Shown: one piece after another, positions 18,967-29,882 of the stretch
How the letters are laid out: each line of letters opens with the position of its first letter
Numbering within the stretch: the first letter of the stretch is position 1
The notes under the pieces: model-generated
Told to the model about the DNA's origin: nothing
Database searches by the model: none
Seen by the model: only the letters and a program-made list of their open reading frames with translations
Assembly: GCA_001770205.1 (NCBI GenBank)
Contig: MEQL01000013.1
Span: 1-52,878 of the forward strand
Source: Bdellovibrionales bacterium RIFOXYD12_FULL_39_22
GTDB lineage: Bacteria > Bdellovibrionota > Bacteriovoracia > Bacteriovoracales > Bacteriovoracaceae
Length of the DNA: 52,878 nucleotides
Reading direction: 5' to 3'
Translations under genes and position numbers: made by a program

Positions 18967-21336
18967 ATGCCCATACTTTATATGCCAGATAAAATCACTA
19001 ACTTTTACGAACGAAAAGGGGAAAAGAAAAAACTTTTCTCGGGCCTCTATTCTCGAGCAATTTTTTTTACCGTCATTGGAGGAGGCTGTCTTCTTGGGGC
19101 CATACTAACTCAGTCAAACATTGTCCTAAATAATACTGTAGAACGCCTACTACAAGAACGCATTAATTTGGCCCGTACCACCGGGAATTATGTCGAGAAA
19201 GTAATATCTCATGACCTCTCGCAATTGGCCCCAAACTTGAAAAAACCTATAAGCACTATTTTTCAAGAAGGACATTTTATTTTGGATAATGACTTTAAAA
19301 TATTGGAATCAACTTCTGAGCGCGATGCCAATGAAATTCTGCAACATCCAGAGATGATTGCGGCCCTCCAACAAACACAGATTAGCAAGGCCACCACTAG
19401 TTCTATTCTTTTTAGAATCTCCGTTGGTAACCGGCCAGTGATAGTAATTGTTAAACCGGCACTATCCTCACATGGAAAAATTTTAACCTACATTTGCGGA
19501 ATATTAAATCCTGCCGCAAACAACTTACTTTTGCCCTTTGAAAATATGGGAGAGAAATCAACCAGTGTTCTTCAATTAGTAGACAACTCTGGAACCGTTA
19601 TCGCCTCCACTAACCCAAATAAGTTATTTGAACGCACTGACCACGAAAATCTTCTGAGAAAGGCCATCGATAATCATCAAGTTGTGTCGGGAAGATGTCA
19701 TGGATGTCATGAACAAGAAAATAAAGAAGATGTAAATTCTATCTCATCTTCTATGTCAAACTCTAGTTCTAATGATAAAAAGCTGGAAGTTTTGGCCTTT
19801 TCTCCGCTACCATCAATCAATTTAGGGATGGCCGTGCGACAACCGGAGCGTGATGCTCTTGAACTTGCTTTTATTTTGCGCTGGCGACTAGTTTGGCTCG
19901 GAGGGGCCTTTATCGCTCTTTTTTTAATTTTTACCGGTCTCTCTGTTAATAGTGTGGTGGCCCCAATTGTAAAACTTACGACGGCAGTTCAAAATTTAGA
20001 AACAGAAAATCCTAATCGACCACTACCGATACTGGGCAAAGATGAAGTAGGTCAACTGGCCCGCGCACTCGATCGCTGGCGTGCACAACTTAGTCAATCG
20101 CAGGCAGCACTCAAGGAGGAGATGGTTACTACTAAGCATCATCTCGACACTCTACAACAAATTGCTATGTTAGGTTTAGAAACATCATCCCCTGCAGAAA
20201 TTTTACATATCGGCCTAAAAAAACTATTAGACTGCTCCGGGTTGTCTTTGGGAGCAATTTGGGTTGATTGCGATGGCCAATTATTTAAAAGCTACGAAAA
20301 ATTAAGCGAAAAAAAGGCATCATGCATTCTCAAAGATAAGGCGCGATTAATGGATCATGTCGACTCATATGAAAATCGCTCACCATTGGGGGGGGCCATT
20401 CAAATACAGTCCTTCGATCAATCTGAAAACAATATGCCGCACTGCTGTCCGGAACAAAAAAGTATTATTATTTGCAAATTAACTGGTACCGCTGGAATAA
20501 ATGTTACCTGCCTATTATCTGACACCGAAAAAACGCTTACTCATATTTCTCATCAAAAATTACAGGCAATTTTGCAGCAGATTGTCATCAGCGTTGCATA
20601 TCAATTATTAAAATCAGAGATTAACAAAAGACATAAGCAAAGTAGAAATTTTTTAGAAAAGGTATTGGCCGGACAAGAGGATGAACGCCTGCGTGTTGCC
20701 CGTGAGCTACATGACACTTTGGCACAAGATCTGGCCGCTCATCGTCTTAAGATTGAGCGACTTTCCTCTCCTAAATATATGGATGATCCTACACTTTTGA
20801 AAAAATCGCTGAGAGATCTGGAAGAAAATAGTAGTGCGATGCTGATTGGCCTTCGTAAAATTTTACTCGATCTCCGTCCTTCGGTTTTAGATGAAATGGG
20901 ATTTTTACCAGCACTACAGTGGTATTTGGAACGCCTGGAGCAAGACCATGGAGTTGTTAGCAAATTTCAGATTGAAGGATCTGGACACAAACTAAGTCAT
21001 GATTTACAAATTTCTCTTTTTAGAATTTTTCAAGAAGCCCTAAACAACGTTGCTCAGCATGCAAATGCTAGCAAGCTTGAGGTGCTGGTCAAACATCTTC
21101 CCGCCTCCATCGAGTTAACTATTACTGATAACGGAATTGGATTTAACCCTGAAGAATTGGCCAATTTACCTATAAACACTGCCGGACGAGGATTGGGAGT
21201 TTTGGGGATGAAAGAGCGCTCCGAATTACTCAAAGCAAGTTTTTTGATCGAATCAGCCCCAGGCCGAGGAACTTCAATTATAATTAATGCACCTCTCGAC
21301 AGTGGCGACTCTCTGGAGAAATACCATCATGGATAA
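18967..21336 (+). CDS. NarX/HisKA_3-type sensor histidine kinase with a periplasmic Cache-like domain bearing CxxCH, plus HAMP
   Basis: TM1, periplasmic region with CHGCH (19696-19710), TM2, HAMP (DEVGQLA), QEDER.RVARELHD, FRIFQEALNNV..HA, DNGIGF, GLG..GM.ER. Confidence 0.93.
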   Translation: MPILYMPDKITNFYERKGEKKKLFSGLYSRAIFFTVIGGGCLLGAILTQSNIVLNNTVERLLQERINLARTTGNYVEKVISHDLSQLAPNLKKPISTIFQEGHFILDNDFKILESTSERDANEILQHPEMIAALQQTQISKATTSSILFRISVGNRPVIVIVKPALSSHGKILTYICGILNPAANNLLLPFENMGEKSTSVLQLVDNSGTVIASTNPNKLFERTDHENLLRKAIDNHQVVSGRCHGCHEQENKEDVNSISSSMSNSSSNDKKLEVLAFSPLPSINLGMAVRQPERDALELAFILRWRLVWLGGAFIALFLIFTGLSVNSVVAPIVKLTTAVQNLETENPNRPLPILGKDEVGQLARALDRWRAQLSQSQAALKEEMVTTKHHLDTLQQIAMLGLETSSPAEILHIGLKKLLDCSGLSLGAIWVDCDGQLFKSYEKLSEKKASCILKDKARLMDHVDSYENRSPLGGAIQIQSFDQSENNMPHCCPEQKSIIICKLTGTAGINVTCLLSDTEKTLTHISHQKLQAILQQIVISVAYQLLKSEINKRHKQSRNFLEKVLAGQEDERLRVARELHDTLAQDLAAHRLKIERLSSPKYMDDPTLLKKSLRDLEENSSAMLIGLRKILLDLRPSVLDEMGFLPALQWYLERLEQDHGVVSKFQIEGSGHKLSHDLQISLFRIFQEALNNVAQHANASKLEVLVKHLPASIELTITDNGIGFNPEELANLPINTAGRGLGVLGMKERSELLKASFLIESAPGRGTSIIINAPLDSGDSLEKYHHG

Positions 21337-22018
21337 TAATAAAAACCGAGCAAGAATAGTTTTAGTTGATGATCATACCGTTTTGCGCGTCGGCCTTAAG
21401 TCATTTCTAGAGGAACAACAAATCTTCCCTCTAGACGTGGTGGCCGAGGGTTCTTCTGGAAAAGAGGCCGTCTTGCTAGTGGAAAAGCACAACCCCGATT
21501 TACTTTTGCTAGATCTCTCTATGCCAGAAATGGGTGGCCATGAGGCAACTATCGAAATTAGAAAGAACAACCGCCTGATAAAGATATTAATCCTTACTCA
21601 ATATAACGAATCAATCTATTTAAAACGATTACTGGAAGCTGGAGCGAATGGATATATTTTAAAATCTGCCAGGGGTGAAGAGCTGGTATCTGCAATACGT
21701 TCAGTAATCAGCGGAGGAACCTACATCGACCCCACTATGGCCAGCTCTATTTTGGCCAACAAATTTTCCGCCAATCTTGCGGCCACTACGGGAGTGTCAG
21801 ATGAAGAGCTATACGCAAAATTGACGGCCCGAGAGCAACAGGTTTTAAAATTTATAGCAGATGGATTATCCAATAAAGAAATCGCTGATAAGTTGGATGT
21901 CGCGGTTAAAACGGCAATGGTTCACCGAGCAAACTTAATGGATAAACTTAATATCAAAAATCGTTCTAAGTTAATTCAATTTGCCATTCGCGTTGGAGTT
22001 TTAAATATTGATAAATAG
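21329..22018 (+). CDS. NarL/LuxR-family response regulator
   Basis: VDDH..LR.GL, LDLSMP, GA.GYILK, LT.RE..VL..IA.G.SNKEIA..HR.NLM.KL. Confidence 0.96.
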   Translation: MDNNKNRARIVLVDDHTVLRVGLKSFLEEQQIFPLDVVAEGSSGKEAVLLVEKHNPDLLLLDLSMPEMGGHEATIEIRKNNRLIKILILTQYNESIYLKRLLEAGANGYILKSARGEELVSAIRSVISGGTYIDPTMASSILANKFSANLAATTGVSDEELYAKLTAREQQVLKFIADGLSNKEIADKLDVAVKTAMVHRANLMDKLNIKNRSKLIQFAIRVGVLNIDK

Positions 22019-22034
22019 CGTAGGCCCAAACGGT

Positions 22035-24662
22035 CTATTTCAATATCTCCTTAATTTTTTCTGCCAAGCTTGCCATGGTAAACGGTTTAAGTAAAAAAGG
22101 AATTGTAGCATCTGTTAGTCCCTTGCTGGCCATCACCTCTACGGGAAATCCGGAGATAAAAAGCGTTTTTAGGGCCGGTTTTTTGCTAAGTAGAATTTTT
22201 TGCAAATCAATTCCGTTAATCCCTGGCATTACAACATCACTTACCAGCAAATCAATTTGATTTTTTTCTCTAGAAAATATCTCTATGGCCTCTTCTGTAG
22301 ATGAAGAAGTAAGTACGGTGTATCCAATTTTTTCCAGCATTGTAACAATCAGTTTGCGAAGAGGTTGCTCATCTTCCACCACCAAAATTGTACCTTGGCC
22401 GAATAAAGTTGGGTTAAATTTTTTTTCTATGAAAATAGTAGCTTGTTCATCAATATGTTGCGGAAAATAAATTGAAAAAATCGTACCTTTGCCAAGTTCA
22501 CTGCTGACCAAGATATGGCCATTATTTTGCTTCACAATACCATAAACCGTGGCAAGTCCCAGACCTGTCCCTTTACCAACTTCTTTGGTTGTAAAAAAAG
22601 GTTCAAAAATATGTTTCATCGTGCCGGCATCTATTCCCATTCCACTATCTTCGGCCTGCAAAAGAACATATTTACCAGGAGTAATTTCTGGATGTTCCAT
22701 AAAAAAAGTAGAATCGCCTTGGAAATTTTTTGTTGTAAAAATCATTCTTCCGCCATTTGTCATAGCATCTCTAGCATTGGCGGCCAGATTTAAAATAATT
22801 TGATCAATTTGTGCAGGGTCTAACATTACCGGCCCAATATGAGGAGCAAGATTTAATTCTAACAAAATATCTTCTCCCATCAATCGCGAAACCATTTTTT
22901 GCGCATCACTAATGACATGATTTATGTCTAACACTTTTGGTGTAATTAGCTGCTTGCGAGAAAAGGCCAAAAGTTGCCGAGCAATATCTCGTGAATGCAA
23001 CGCCGCTTTTTCTATCGCCAAAAGTCCATTGAGTTGTTCTTCTTCTTTGCATTCATCTTTAATTAATTCTGTATAGCCTAAAATTATACTCAACATGTTG
23101 TTAAAATCATGCGCAACTCCTCCGGCCAAACGTCCGACAACTTCCATTTTTTGCGCCTGTGCAAGCTGTTCTTGCAATTTCCTATTTTCCTCTTCTCCCT
23201 TTTTGCGCCCACTGATATCTCGAATAAAAACGGCCAGTCGGCCATCCCTAATTTTTCGATATTGAATGCTGACCTCCACTGGAAAAATCGTTCCATCTTT
23301 TCGGCGATGAGCACTTTCAAAACGATCATCACCTCCTGCAAATATTTTTTTAACACGTGCCGCTATCTCTTCCGGACACTCCAATGCTTCCAGATTCATA
23401 ACTTTCAGGGATAGAAGTTCACTTTTATTGTATCCACTCATTTTGCAATAAGTCTCATTAACCTCGTTAATTTTACCTTCGGAACCAACACCCCAAAAAC
23501 CGTCCATGGATGTTTCAATCAACTGATGATGCCATTCTCCACTACGAAGCAAATCTGCTTCGGCATTTTTTAATTTAGTAATGTTAGCAGATAGATCGGA
23601 TACCATTTTATCAAAATCAGGTGCCATCGCCGCAAGCTCTTCTACTTTTATCACTCCGGTTAGTCTGATACTGAAATCACCTTGGCCTACTTTAATAAAG
23701 GCCTCACGCAAAATTTCAACTGGCCTTAAAATAAAATGTCTGCCGATATACCACAAAACAGTCAGTACAAAAAAAAGTGCCGTCAACTGAAATAACACTT
23801 TGGACATTAGTCTCTTTATGGCACTAATCTTTGGAGTATCGTAGGGAATACCCACTCGAATAAAAAGATATGGGGCCTCTCCCGGCGATTTGGAAAGTTT
23901 TACGGAGGCCCTAATTCGCAAAATACCGTCCAGCGCAGCTCCTACGTCCACATATTCTTCCGGGCCATCCAACATCGTTTGTATTTCACTAACTGGAAAT
24001 TTTGTCCCAATATATTTCTCTGGATCTAGATAGCGAAAAAGAACGATCCCCTGATGATCGATAATGACAAAAGAGGCCTTGGCAGGAAGCTCTGCCTTTT
24101 CAAAATGATGCTTAAAATATGTCAAGTCTAAGGCAATGGCCACACAGCCTACAGTTTTTCCAATAGCGTTTTTAATTGGGTAACCAAAATTTAAACTTGG
24201 TTTTCCGCTAGTTTTTCCAACTACAAATTCCCCCACCACAAACTCTCCAGTCTTCATAACTTCTTTAAAAAAATTTCTATCCGCCAAGGAGACATGCTTG
24301 CCGCCCAGGGGAATACCGGAGGCCCAGACATCTCCTTTCTGATCAAGCAAAACTACATTGGCAAAAATGGGATTATTAGAACGAAAATCTGCAAGTAAAA
24401 CATTCATACTATCCGCATTTTGTTTTTGCACATCTGGCAATAAAGAAAACGTTTTTCCCTGGAAACGAACAATCCCAACTAATAAATTAACTTCTGACGC
24501 AATCTGAGACGCTAGCTTACCCGCCAGTCTTTTGGTTTGCTCTATATCATTTTCAAAATCACTTATTGCTTGGTGAACGATGATTGCAAGCGAGAAACCT
24601 GTAAGCAGTAATACAATATAAATTATAATTCCTCGCAACGAAGAGGATAACTTCCTTATCAT
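22035..24662 (-). CDS. hybrid sensor kinase (dCache-HAMP-PAS-HisKA-HATPase-REC)
   Basis: DR.FF dCache motif; [47 protein letters not shown]-terminal receiver SDVVMP. Confidence 0.95.
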   Translation of the reverse strand: MIRKLSSSLRGIIIYIVLLLTGFSLAIIVHQAISDFENDIEQTKRLAGKLASQIASEVNLLVGIVRFQGKTFSLLPDVQKQNADSMNVLLADFRSNNPIFANVVLLDQKGDVWASGIPLGGKHVSLADRNFFKEVMKTGEFVVGEFVVGKTSGKPSLNFGYPIKNAIGKTVGCVAIALDLTYFKHHFEKAELPAKASFVIIDHQGIVLFRYLDPEKYIGTKFPVSEIQTMLDGPEEYVDVGAALDGILRIRASVKLSKSPGEAPYLFIRVGIPYDTPKISAIKRLMSKVLFQLTALFFVLTVLWYIGRHFILRPVEILREAFIKVGQGDFSIRLTGVIKVEELAAMAPDFDKMVSDLSANITKLKNAEADLLRSGEWHHQLIETSMDGFWGVGSEGKINEVNETYCKMSGYNKSELLSLKVMNLEALECPEEIAARVKKIFAGGDDRFESAHRRKDGTIFPVEVSIQYRKIRDGRLAVFIRDISGRKKGEEENRKLQEQLAQAQKMEVVGRLAGGVAHDFNNMLSIILGYTELIKDECKEEEQLNGLLAIEKAALHSRDIARQLLAFSRKQLITPKVLDINHVISDAQKMVSRLMGEDILLELNLAPHIGPVMLDPAQIDQIILNLAANARDAMTNGGRMIFTTKNFQGDSTFFMEHPEITPGKYVLLQAEDSGMGIDAGTMKHIFEPFFTTKEVGKGTGLGLATVYGIVKQNNGHILVSSELGKGTIFSIYFPQHIDEQATIFIEKKFNPTLFGQGTILVVEDEQPLRKLIVTMLEKIGYTVLTSSSTEEAIEIFSREKNQIDLLVSDVVMPGINGIDLQKILLSKKPALKTLFISGFPVEVMASKGLTDATIPFLLKPFTMASLAEKIKEILK

Positions 24663-24963
24663 GAAAAGACTCCTTAGGAGCTAAAAAATTTCTGATATCT
24701 TAAATAGTGATTTTGTATTAAATAGTCGCATGTTTAAAACAAAAGGGCCAAACGCCAACAAATACAGAATAGTTTTCCTCGCCACTCAAATAGTATACTT
24801 TTTTAATGTGTCTTCACCAATAGGCCATATTCTTTTTGTCGGCAAGTTTTTCCGCAAAATAGCATTTGTTTTTTTTTCAACCGTGGGGGATAATTCTGCT
24901 CATATAATGAGTGAAAAGAAGCACACTCGTTCATTGTCTTAACCAATCTGCAAAGGAGAATAT

Positions 24964-25971
24964 ATGTCCAAACACCTTTCAACTTTTTTTAGCTTTATTT
25001 TGTCGTTTGTTCTGACGACTCAATCAATTGTCTATGCGGGAGAAGAGGGAGAAATTAAAACACCCAACTTTTTAAAAAGTATTGTTGATGATTACAACAA
25101 AAATCTGACTGCTGAGGCCATAGTCGCCAAATTTTCCAAACAAGATACCAAGCTAGGCCAAGAGATGCACACCTTTTTAGAACAGCAAAAAATCACGGCC
25201 CTGCCACCGATAAAATACAATGACGGTGAAATGATGTTTTCATGGGGAGGAGTTGAGACCTATTTTTCAGTTGAAAAAATAGATATTGATTCAGTAACAT
25301 TTAAAATAAACGGCCTGGATATAAAAATATTGCATACCGAGTCCTCTCCAGGAATACTTTTTGAAAAATTAAAAAATCAATTTCCCGAAAGTAAAAGTTC
25401 AGTGATGCGACTATTTGATTTTCTAATTCCAAATGCCGCTGCTAACCCTTTGTTTATACTTATTTTGGCAGCGATTATAGTTTTTGCTGCGTTTGCTGAA
25501 CGCGCGATTGTAGGAATTACCTGTGGCACCTCTGATCTTTTCGCCCCACGCCTCATGTCTTTTCATCAAATGCTCTGCCCAGTAAACTACGTATCTGTTT
25601 CTCCGACAGTCTTGGCCCAAATAAATAAAATGAAAAGCGATGAACTTGCTAAGTTTAACACTAATGCGAATTTTTTATTAGAAAAAGCATCTACAATATA
25701 TTCTGATCATTGCACAAAACCGCCGACTGGGATATGTGCTGCAACTGAAACGCGAAAGCAGCAACTACAGGAATTTTGCAATACCATAAAAAATGTACGG
25801 ACTTGTATTACCGATTATCATGCATTCGGCATAAAGACGGAAATCACAAAGATGGGAGAAGTCACTACTCCCGATAATAGCGTTTTTGGCGACGATAATA
25901 AACGTGAGCCAAAAAATGTTGAGCGATACCCCAGAGATGATGGAGAGATTCCACGCACGAAGAAAAAATAG
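24964..25971 (+). CDS. hypothetical exported/membrane protein with a Cys-containing C-terminal half
   Basis: Signal peptide (VYA), internal hydrophobic segment, six Cys downstream; AAGGAG RBS. Confidence 0.75.
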   Translation: MSKHLSTFFSFILSFVLTTQSIVYAGEEGEIKTPNFLKSIVDDYNKNLTAEAIVAKFSKQDTKLGQEMHTFLEQQKITALPPIKYNDGEMMFSWGGVETYFSVEKIDIDSVTFKINGLDIKILHTESSPGILFEKLKNQFPESKSSVMRLFDFLIPNAAANPLFILILAAIIVFAAFAERAIVGITCGTSDLFAPRLMSFHQMLCPVNYVSVSPTVLAQINKMKSDELAKFNTNANFLLEKASTIYSDHCTKPPTGICAATETRKQQLQEFCNTIKNVRTCITDYHAFGIKTEITKMGEVTTPDNSVFGDDNKREPKNVERYPRDDGEIPRTKKK

Positions 25972-25974
25972 CTA

Positions 25975-26508
25975 TCACTTGCGAATAATCCCATGCAAAA
26001 TTTTGCTGGACACTTCGTTTGAGAAATTAGTTATTGCGATAATTGATGGGCCGGCGTAATTACTTCCTCCGCCGGCATCTTTATGTGTAATTTTTTTTAT
26101 CTTGCCTGGACATATCTGGCCGTTTTCATGTTTATTTTGCTTGTTTTGCTTATCTTTTTCCTCTAGGCAATCAACTATCCCCTTCATCTCCTTCGGATAT
26201 GAACTTATATCATTCCCAATCCAAACAACCTCATCATTGTTGGCAATAGCGGAAAGCTTTAACCAAAAAAAACTTTCCGCATGGCGCTTAATAAATAGCT
26301 TATCCGGAGGCCAACCAACTACATTGGGCAAATAGGTGAAGCGAAAGTGCAAGCGAGCAATTGCCTCACTGATATTTGTCTTCTCTATTAATTGCCAAAC
26401 ATCTGCGGAATGCTCTCGGATCAAAAAACGATCCAGAGAGCCTATCGCAAAAATTAAAAAGGCCGTCCAAAAAATTAGGATTGCTCTATGCTTCAAGTGA
26501 TCCCCCAC
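25975..26508 (-). CDS. hypothetical protein with an N-terminal TM anchor
   Basis: 177 aa ORF overlapping the 3' end of the upstream peptidase gene. Confidence 0.6.
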   Translation of the reverse strand: MGDHLKHRAILIFWTAFLIFAIGSLDRFLIREHSADVWQLIEKTNISEAIARLHFRFTYLPNVVGWPPDKLFIKRHAESFFWLKLSAIANNDEVVWIGNDISSYPKEMKGIVDCLEEKDKQNKQNKHENGQICPGKIKKITHKDAGGGSNYAGPSIIAITNFSNEVSSKILHGIIRK

Positions 26509-27605
26509 ATTATGATTAATAAAAAAATAACAACCATTACTGGAATAAATGGATCTTTATTGAAACGATTATTCTTCAAATGCAAAAGTTCATTGACTCT
26601 GTTTTTAGTAGTATAAATTTGTTCACGCCGGGCCAACTCCTCTGCTCCCACCAAAACCTCTCCTGCTACTCGTTCCACCTCTCCCTGCATTTTAATCAAG
26701 GCAGAGGCCAATGCCATGGGATTTTTTGTTGCTTCGCTTGCCAGATAATCACAGGCCGATTCTCTTACCTCTATAATGTCGCGAAAAATTGCTAACGTGA
26801 ATGGATTAAATGGTTGAAGAGCACGCATTGACCATATTAGGAGTGTACGAAGATTATCACCATAGATCACATGGGCCACTTCATGTGCCACCGTGGCCAT
26901 TACTTCTTCCTCATCCAAAGTATCAATAAGTGCGCTAGAGAGATAAATTTTATGATGAAAAATACCTTTTAGTAGAGCAAACTGCTCTCGATCTTCTACT
27001 TTAAATATTTCCACTTTTTTATAACGAGGAATTTTGTAATTAGATTTTTCTAGTCCTTGCAAAACTGCCTTTAAAATTAACTCCAATTTATCATCTCGTT
27101 TTGCTGCACTTGTATCCAAATGTTGGCCACCACCTCGTCTGCCTAAAATAATAAATTCCTGAAAAACAAATATAAAGGTGCTTCCGGCCAATATGGCCAT
27201 AAGTACTAACCACCAATAACTAGTTTCCCAGATAGCACTATTCCACAACTTAAGTCGGATCATTTGATAGGGCATCTGCACAGCAAAATCGCTTCCTGAA
27301 ACCACTAAAAGAGTCTTTATAATTATGACCACCACGGGAAAAACAACAATATATTCAAGGGATTTTGCCACTATTACCGGAGAAAGTGGACGCAGCAGGC
27401 GAATAACCATCTTAAACCAAAAATAGGCAACACCCACTTGCAGGGTATTCATCAAAAGAATTTCGAAAAAAATGATTCTTCCCATAGTTCTGACCGAAAA
27501 GATGATTATACACAAAAAACTAAGAGCAACTAAGTACTTTTTCCTAGATTCATAAGTACTCAGCCTAATATAGTTTGAATAAGAAAGATGCGATACTGGA
27601 TACAA
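26493..27605 (-). CDS. M56/M48 (BlaR1/HtpX-like) membrane zinc metallopeptidase; start may be further downstream
   Basis: N-terminal TMs; L.EEE..A..AHEVAH..GDN; RE..CD..A...P.ALASALIK. Confidence 0.85.
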   Translation of the reverse strand: MYPVSHLSYSNYIRLSTYESRKKYLVALSFLCIIIFSVRTMGRIIFFEILLMNTLQVGVAYFWFKMVIRLLRPLSPVIVAKSLEYIVVFPVVVIIIKTLLVVSGSDFAVQMPYQMIRLKLWNSAIWETSYWWLVLMAILAGSTFIFVFQEFIILGRRGGGQHLDTSAAKRDDKLELILKAVLQGLEKSNYKIPRYKKVEIFKVEDREQFALLKGIFHHKIYLSSALIDTLDEEEVMATVAHEVAHVIYGDNLRTLLIWSMRALQPFNPFTLAIFRDIIEVRESACDYLASEATKNPMALASALIKMQGEVERVAGEVLVGAEELARREQIYTTKNRVNELLHLKNNRFNKDPFIPVMVVIFLLIIMWGIT

Positions 27606-27654
27606 GAAACAAAGCGAGCATGCGTGCTCAAAGAATCTAACCCGGAGAGTAATT

Positions 27655-28095
27655 ATGAAAAAGTATCAAGCAAATGACGTAGTAAGTTATGGAGTATATG
27701 CTTCTATCAACGCCTTGGACATAAAATTTATCAGCGCAGACGGAGAAAGCTTAGGTGGAAAAGAACAAGCCAGTTATTTTAAAATTCCCACCGCCCTAAT
27801 GGTAATTGCCGCCCCACTCATTGGCGGTGCGTTTGTCCTTTTCTTCCCCTTTATGATTATCTTGATGGTTTGCACAGTACCGCTATACTATTTTATAAGA
27901 TTAATTACTGTAAATGCCGGCTCTGCTTCCGAAATGGTGGTTAAAAATGTGGGACACTTTACCTGGGAACCAATGACGGCATATTTGAATAAACGCAAAA
28001 ATCTAGGTAATGTACCAGAGGGCAAAATACGCAAAACTCCTGAAGAATTAAAGGATCTAGAAAAAGAAATTGCTGAACGTAGAAATAAAAAATAG
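27655..28095 (+). CDS. small membrane protein heading the cytochrome operon
   Basis: Soluble N-terminal domain, hydrophobic hairpin (APLIGGAFVLFFPF), charged C-terminal helix; GGAG RBS. Confidence 0.8.
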   Translation: MKKYQANDVVSYGVYASINALDIKFISADGESLGGKEQASYFKIPTALMVIAAPLIGGAFVLFFPFMIILMVCTVPLYYFIRLITVNAGSASEMVVKNVGHFTWEPMTAYLNKRKNLGNVPEGKIRKTPEELKDLEKEIAERRNKK

Positions 28096-28129
28096 GAAGC
28101 TGGATCATAGAAAGATCAAATATTACATA

Positions 28130-29134
28130 ATGAAACTGCTGTTATCGATTTTTATCTCTTCCTTTACTCTCTCCCTAATGGGAGAGAGTTCTGTTTTAAA
28201 TGACTCTTGTCGTAATTGTCATTTACCACAAGATAACACTTTTCACTCCTCCGCCCATGGGCCCAAATTACTATGCACCGATTGCCACAATGATTATGGC
28301 GGATTTCCCCATGAGAAGCGCCATTTTGAAAACAAACGTCAATACTCCCTGGATAAAGTCAAAACCTGTCAGCGCTGTCACTACTCTCACTACACCCGCG
28401 CACTGGATAGCGTTCACTATGTACAATTGAAGGCCGGAAACCTAGATGCTGCGATGTGTACCGATTGTCATGGACACCATGATATAAAACGGCCGGGGGC
28501 CACGCGCACTGACATCACGAAACGCTGCGCGAAATGCCACGACGATATTGACAAGGTCTATCGCCAGTCCATTCACGGCAGTGCTATGGCCAATGAAAAC
28601 AATCAAGACGTTCCGGTTTGTACAGATTGTCATACCTCTCACGAAATAAAAGAACACAATGACAGCTCTTTTCACATCAATGCTTATAAAACCTGTGGGC
28701 GATGCCACGGTGATCAAGAAAAGATGGAACGATATGGCCTCAATACTAACATTTTAACCTCCTACTTGGATGATTTTCATGGGGCCTCTAATCGTATTTA
28801 TTCCCAGCAAAAACAGCACTCCGAGAAATTAATTGCCGCCTGTTATGATTGCCACGGAGTACATGATATAAAATCAAAAAAAGAATCACAAACTCACGAA
28901 GAAGCACGGGCCAAAATTGTACAGATGTGTAAAAAATGTCACCTGAACGCTACTCCCTCTTTCTCCAACGCCTGGCTATCACACTATCCCCCAACACTAA
29001 AATCTGCTCCCTTGGTTTGGCTAGTTAAATGGTTTTATAGAATAATGATTCCGCTGGCCATCATTGGATTAATTTTGCACATTCTCTTACACATTTGGCG
29101 AGCATCTAGTCGCGGAGATCGCCTAAAAAAGTAA
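28130..29134 (+). CDS. nonaheme cytochrome c with a C-terminal TM helix
   Basis: Signal peptide; 9 CxxCH (CRNCH, CTDCH, CQRCH, CTDCH, CAKCH, CTDCH, CGRCH, CYDCH, CKKCH); C-terminal helix ILHILLH. Confidence 0.93.
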   Translation: MKLLLSIFISSFTLSLMGESSVLNDSCRNCHLPQDNTFHSSAHGPKLLCTDCHNDYGGFPHEKRHFENKRQYSLDKVKTCQRCHYSHYTRALDSVHYVQLKAGNLDAAMCTDCHGHHDIKRPGATRTDITKRCAKCHDDIDKVYRQSIHGSAMANENNQDVPVCTDCHTSHEIKEHNDSSFHINAYKTCGRCHGDQEKMERYGLNTNILTSYLDDFHGASNRIYSQQKQHSEKLIAACYDCHGVHDIKSKKESQTHEEARAKIVQMCKKCHLNATPSFSNAWLSHYPPTLKSAPLVWLVKWFYRIMIPLAIIGLILHILLHIWRASSRGDRLKK

Positions 29135-29158
29135 TATTCAAACAGACAGGACAAATTT

Positions 29159-29872
29159 ATGCACGGCCCTAAAATAATTCATGACGAGAACGGTAAAATA
29201 TTCATCGAACGTTTTTCTCTAATTCGCCGAATTGAACATATCCTTATAATTTTGGCCTTCCTTATTTTGGCCATTACCGGTATGCCACAAAAATTTTATG
29301 AAACTGCCTGGCTCGGTGATCTCATGGATCTAATTGGTGGATTAGATCGCGCTCGGACCATTCATCACTTAACAGGAATTTTATTTTCCATCCAGCTAAT
29401 GCTACACCTGCTTTATATTGTTATAGGTATTGCTCTCAAAAAAATCTCGCTCTCTTTGCTTCCACGTATGCAAGATTGGCGCGATCTATCTTCTAGTATA
29501 AAATATTATTTTGGATATAAAAAAACTCCTCCGCAATACGACACCTTCGATTACAAACAAAAATTTGAATATGTCAGTATTCTTTCTGCTGCAATTATAA
29601 TGTCAATCTCCGGAATAGTGCTACTTGCCCCAGTTTTTGCGACTACGTTTTTTAGCGGACAAATAGTCCCGGCAGCTCGCATCGCTCACTCTAACGAAGC
29701 ACTCCTGGCAATTTTACTCATTCTCATTTGGCACATCTATGGAGCACATTTCGCGCCAGAAACCTTTCCAATGGATAAAACTATTTTTACTGGCCTTATA
29801 AATAAAGATGACTTAAAGGCAAAACATCCATTAGAATATAACCGTCTCTTTCCCGAAGATAAAAAAAACTAA
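29159..29872 (+). CDS. FdnI/HydC-type diheme cytochrome b subunit
   Basis: RFS...RIEH, ITG.PQKF, IHH..G, H, Y.QKFEY, AHS.EA.LA, WHIY. Confidence 0.9.
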   Translation: MHGPKIIHDENGKIFIERFSLIRRIEHILIILAFLILAITGMPQKFYETAWLGDLMDLIGGLDRARTIHHLTGILFSIQLMLHLLYIVIGIALKKISLSLLPRMQDWRDLSSSIKYYFGYKKTPPQYDTFDYKQKFEYVSILSAAIIMSISGIVLLAPVFATTFFSGQIVPAARIAHSNEALLAILLILIWHIYGAHFAPETFPMDKTIFTGLINKDDLKAKHPLEYNRLFPEDKKN

Positions 29873-29882
29873 GGAATACACC

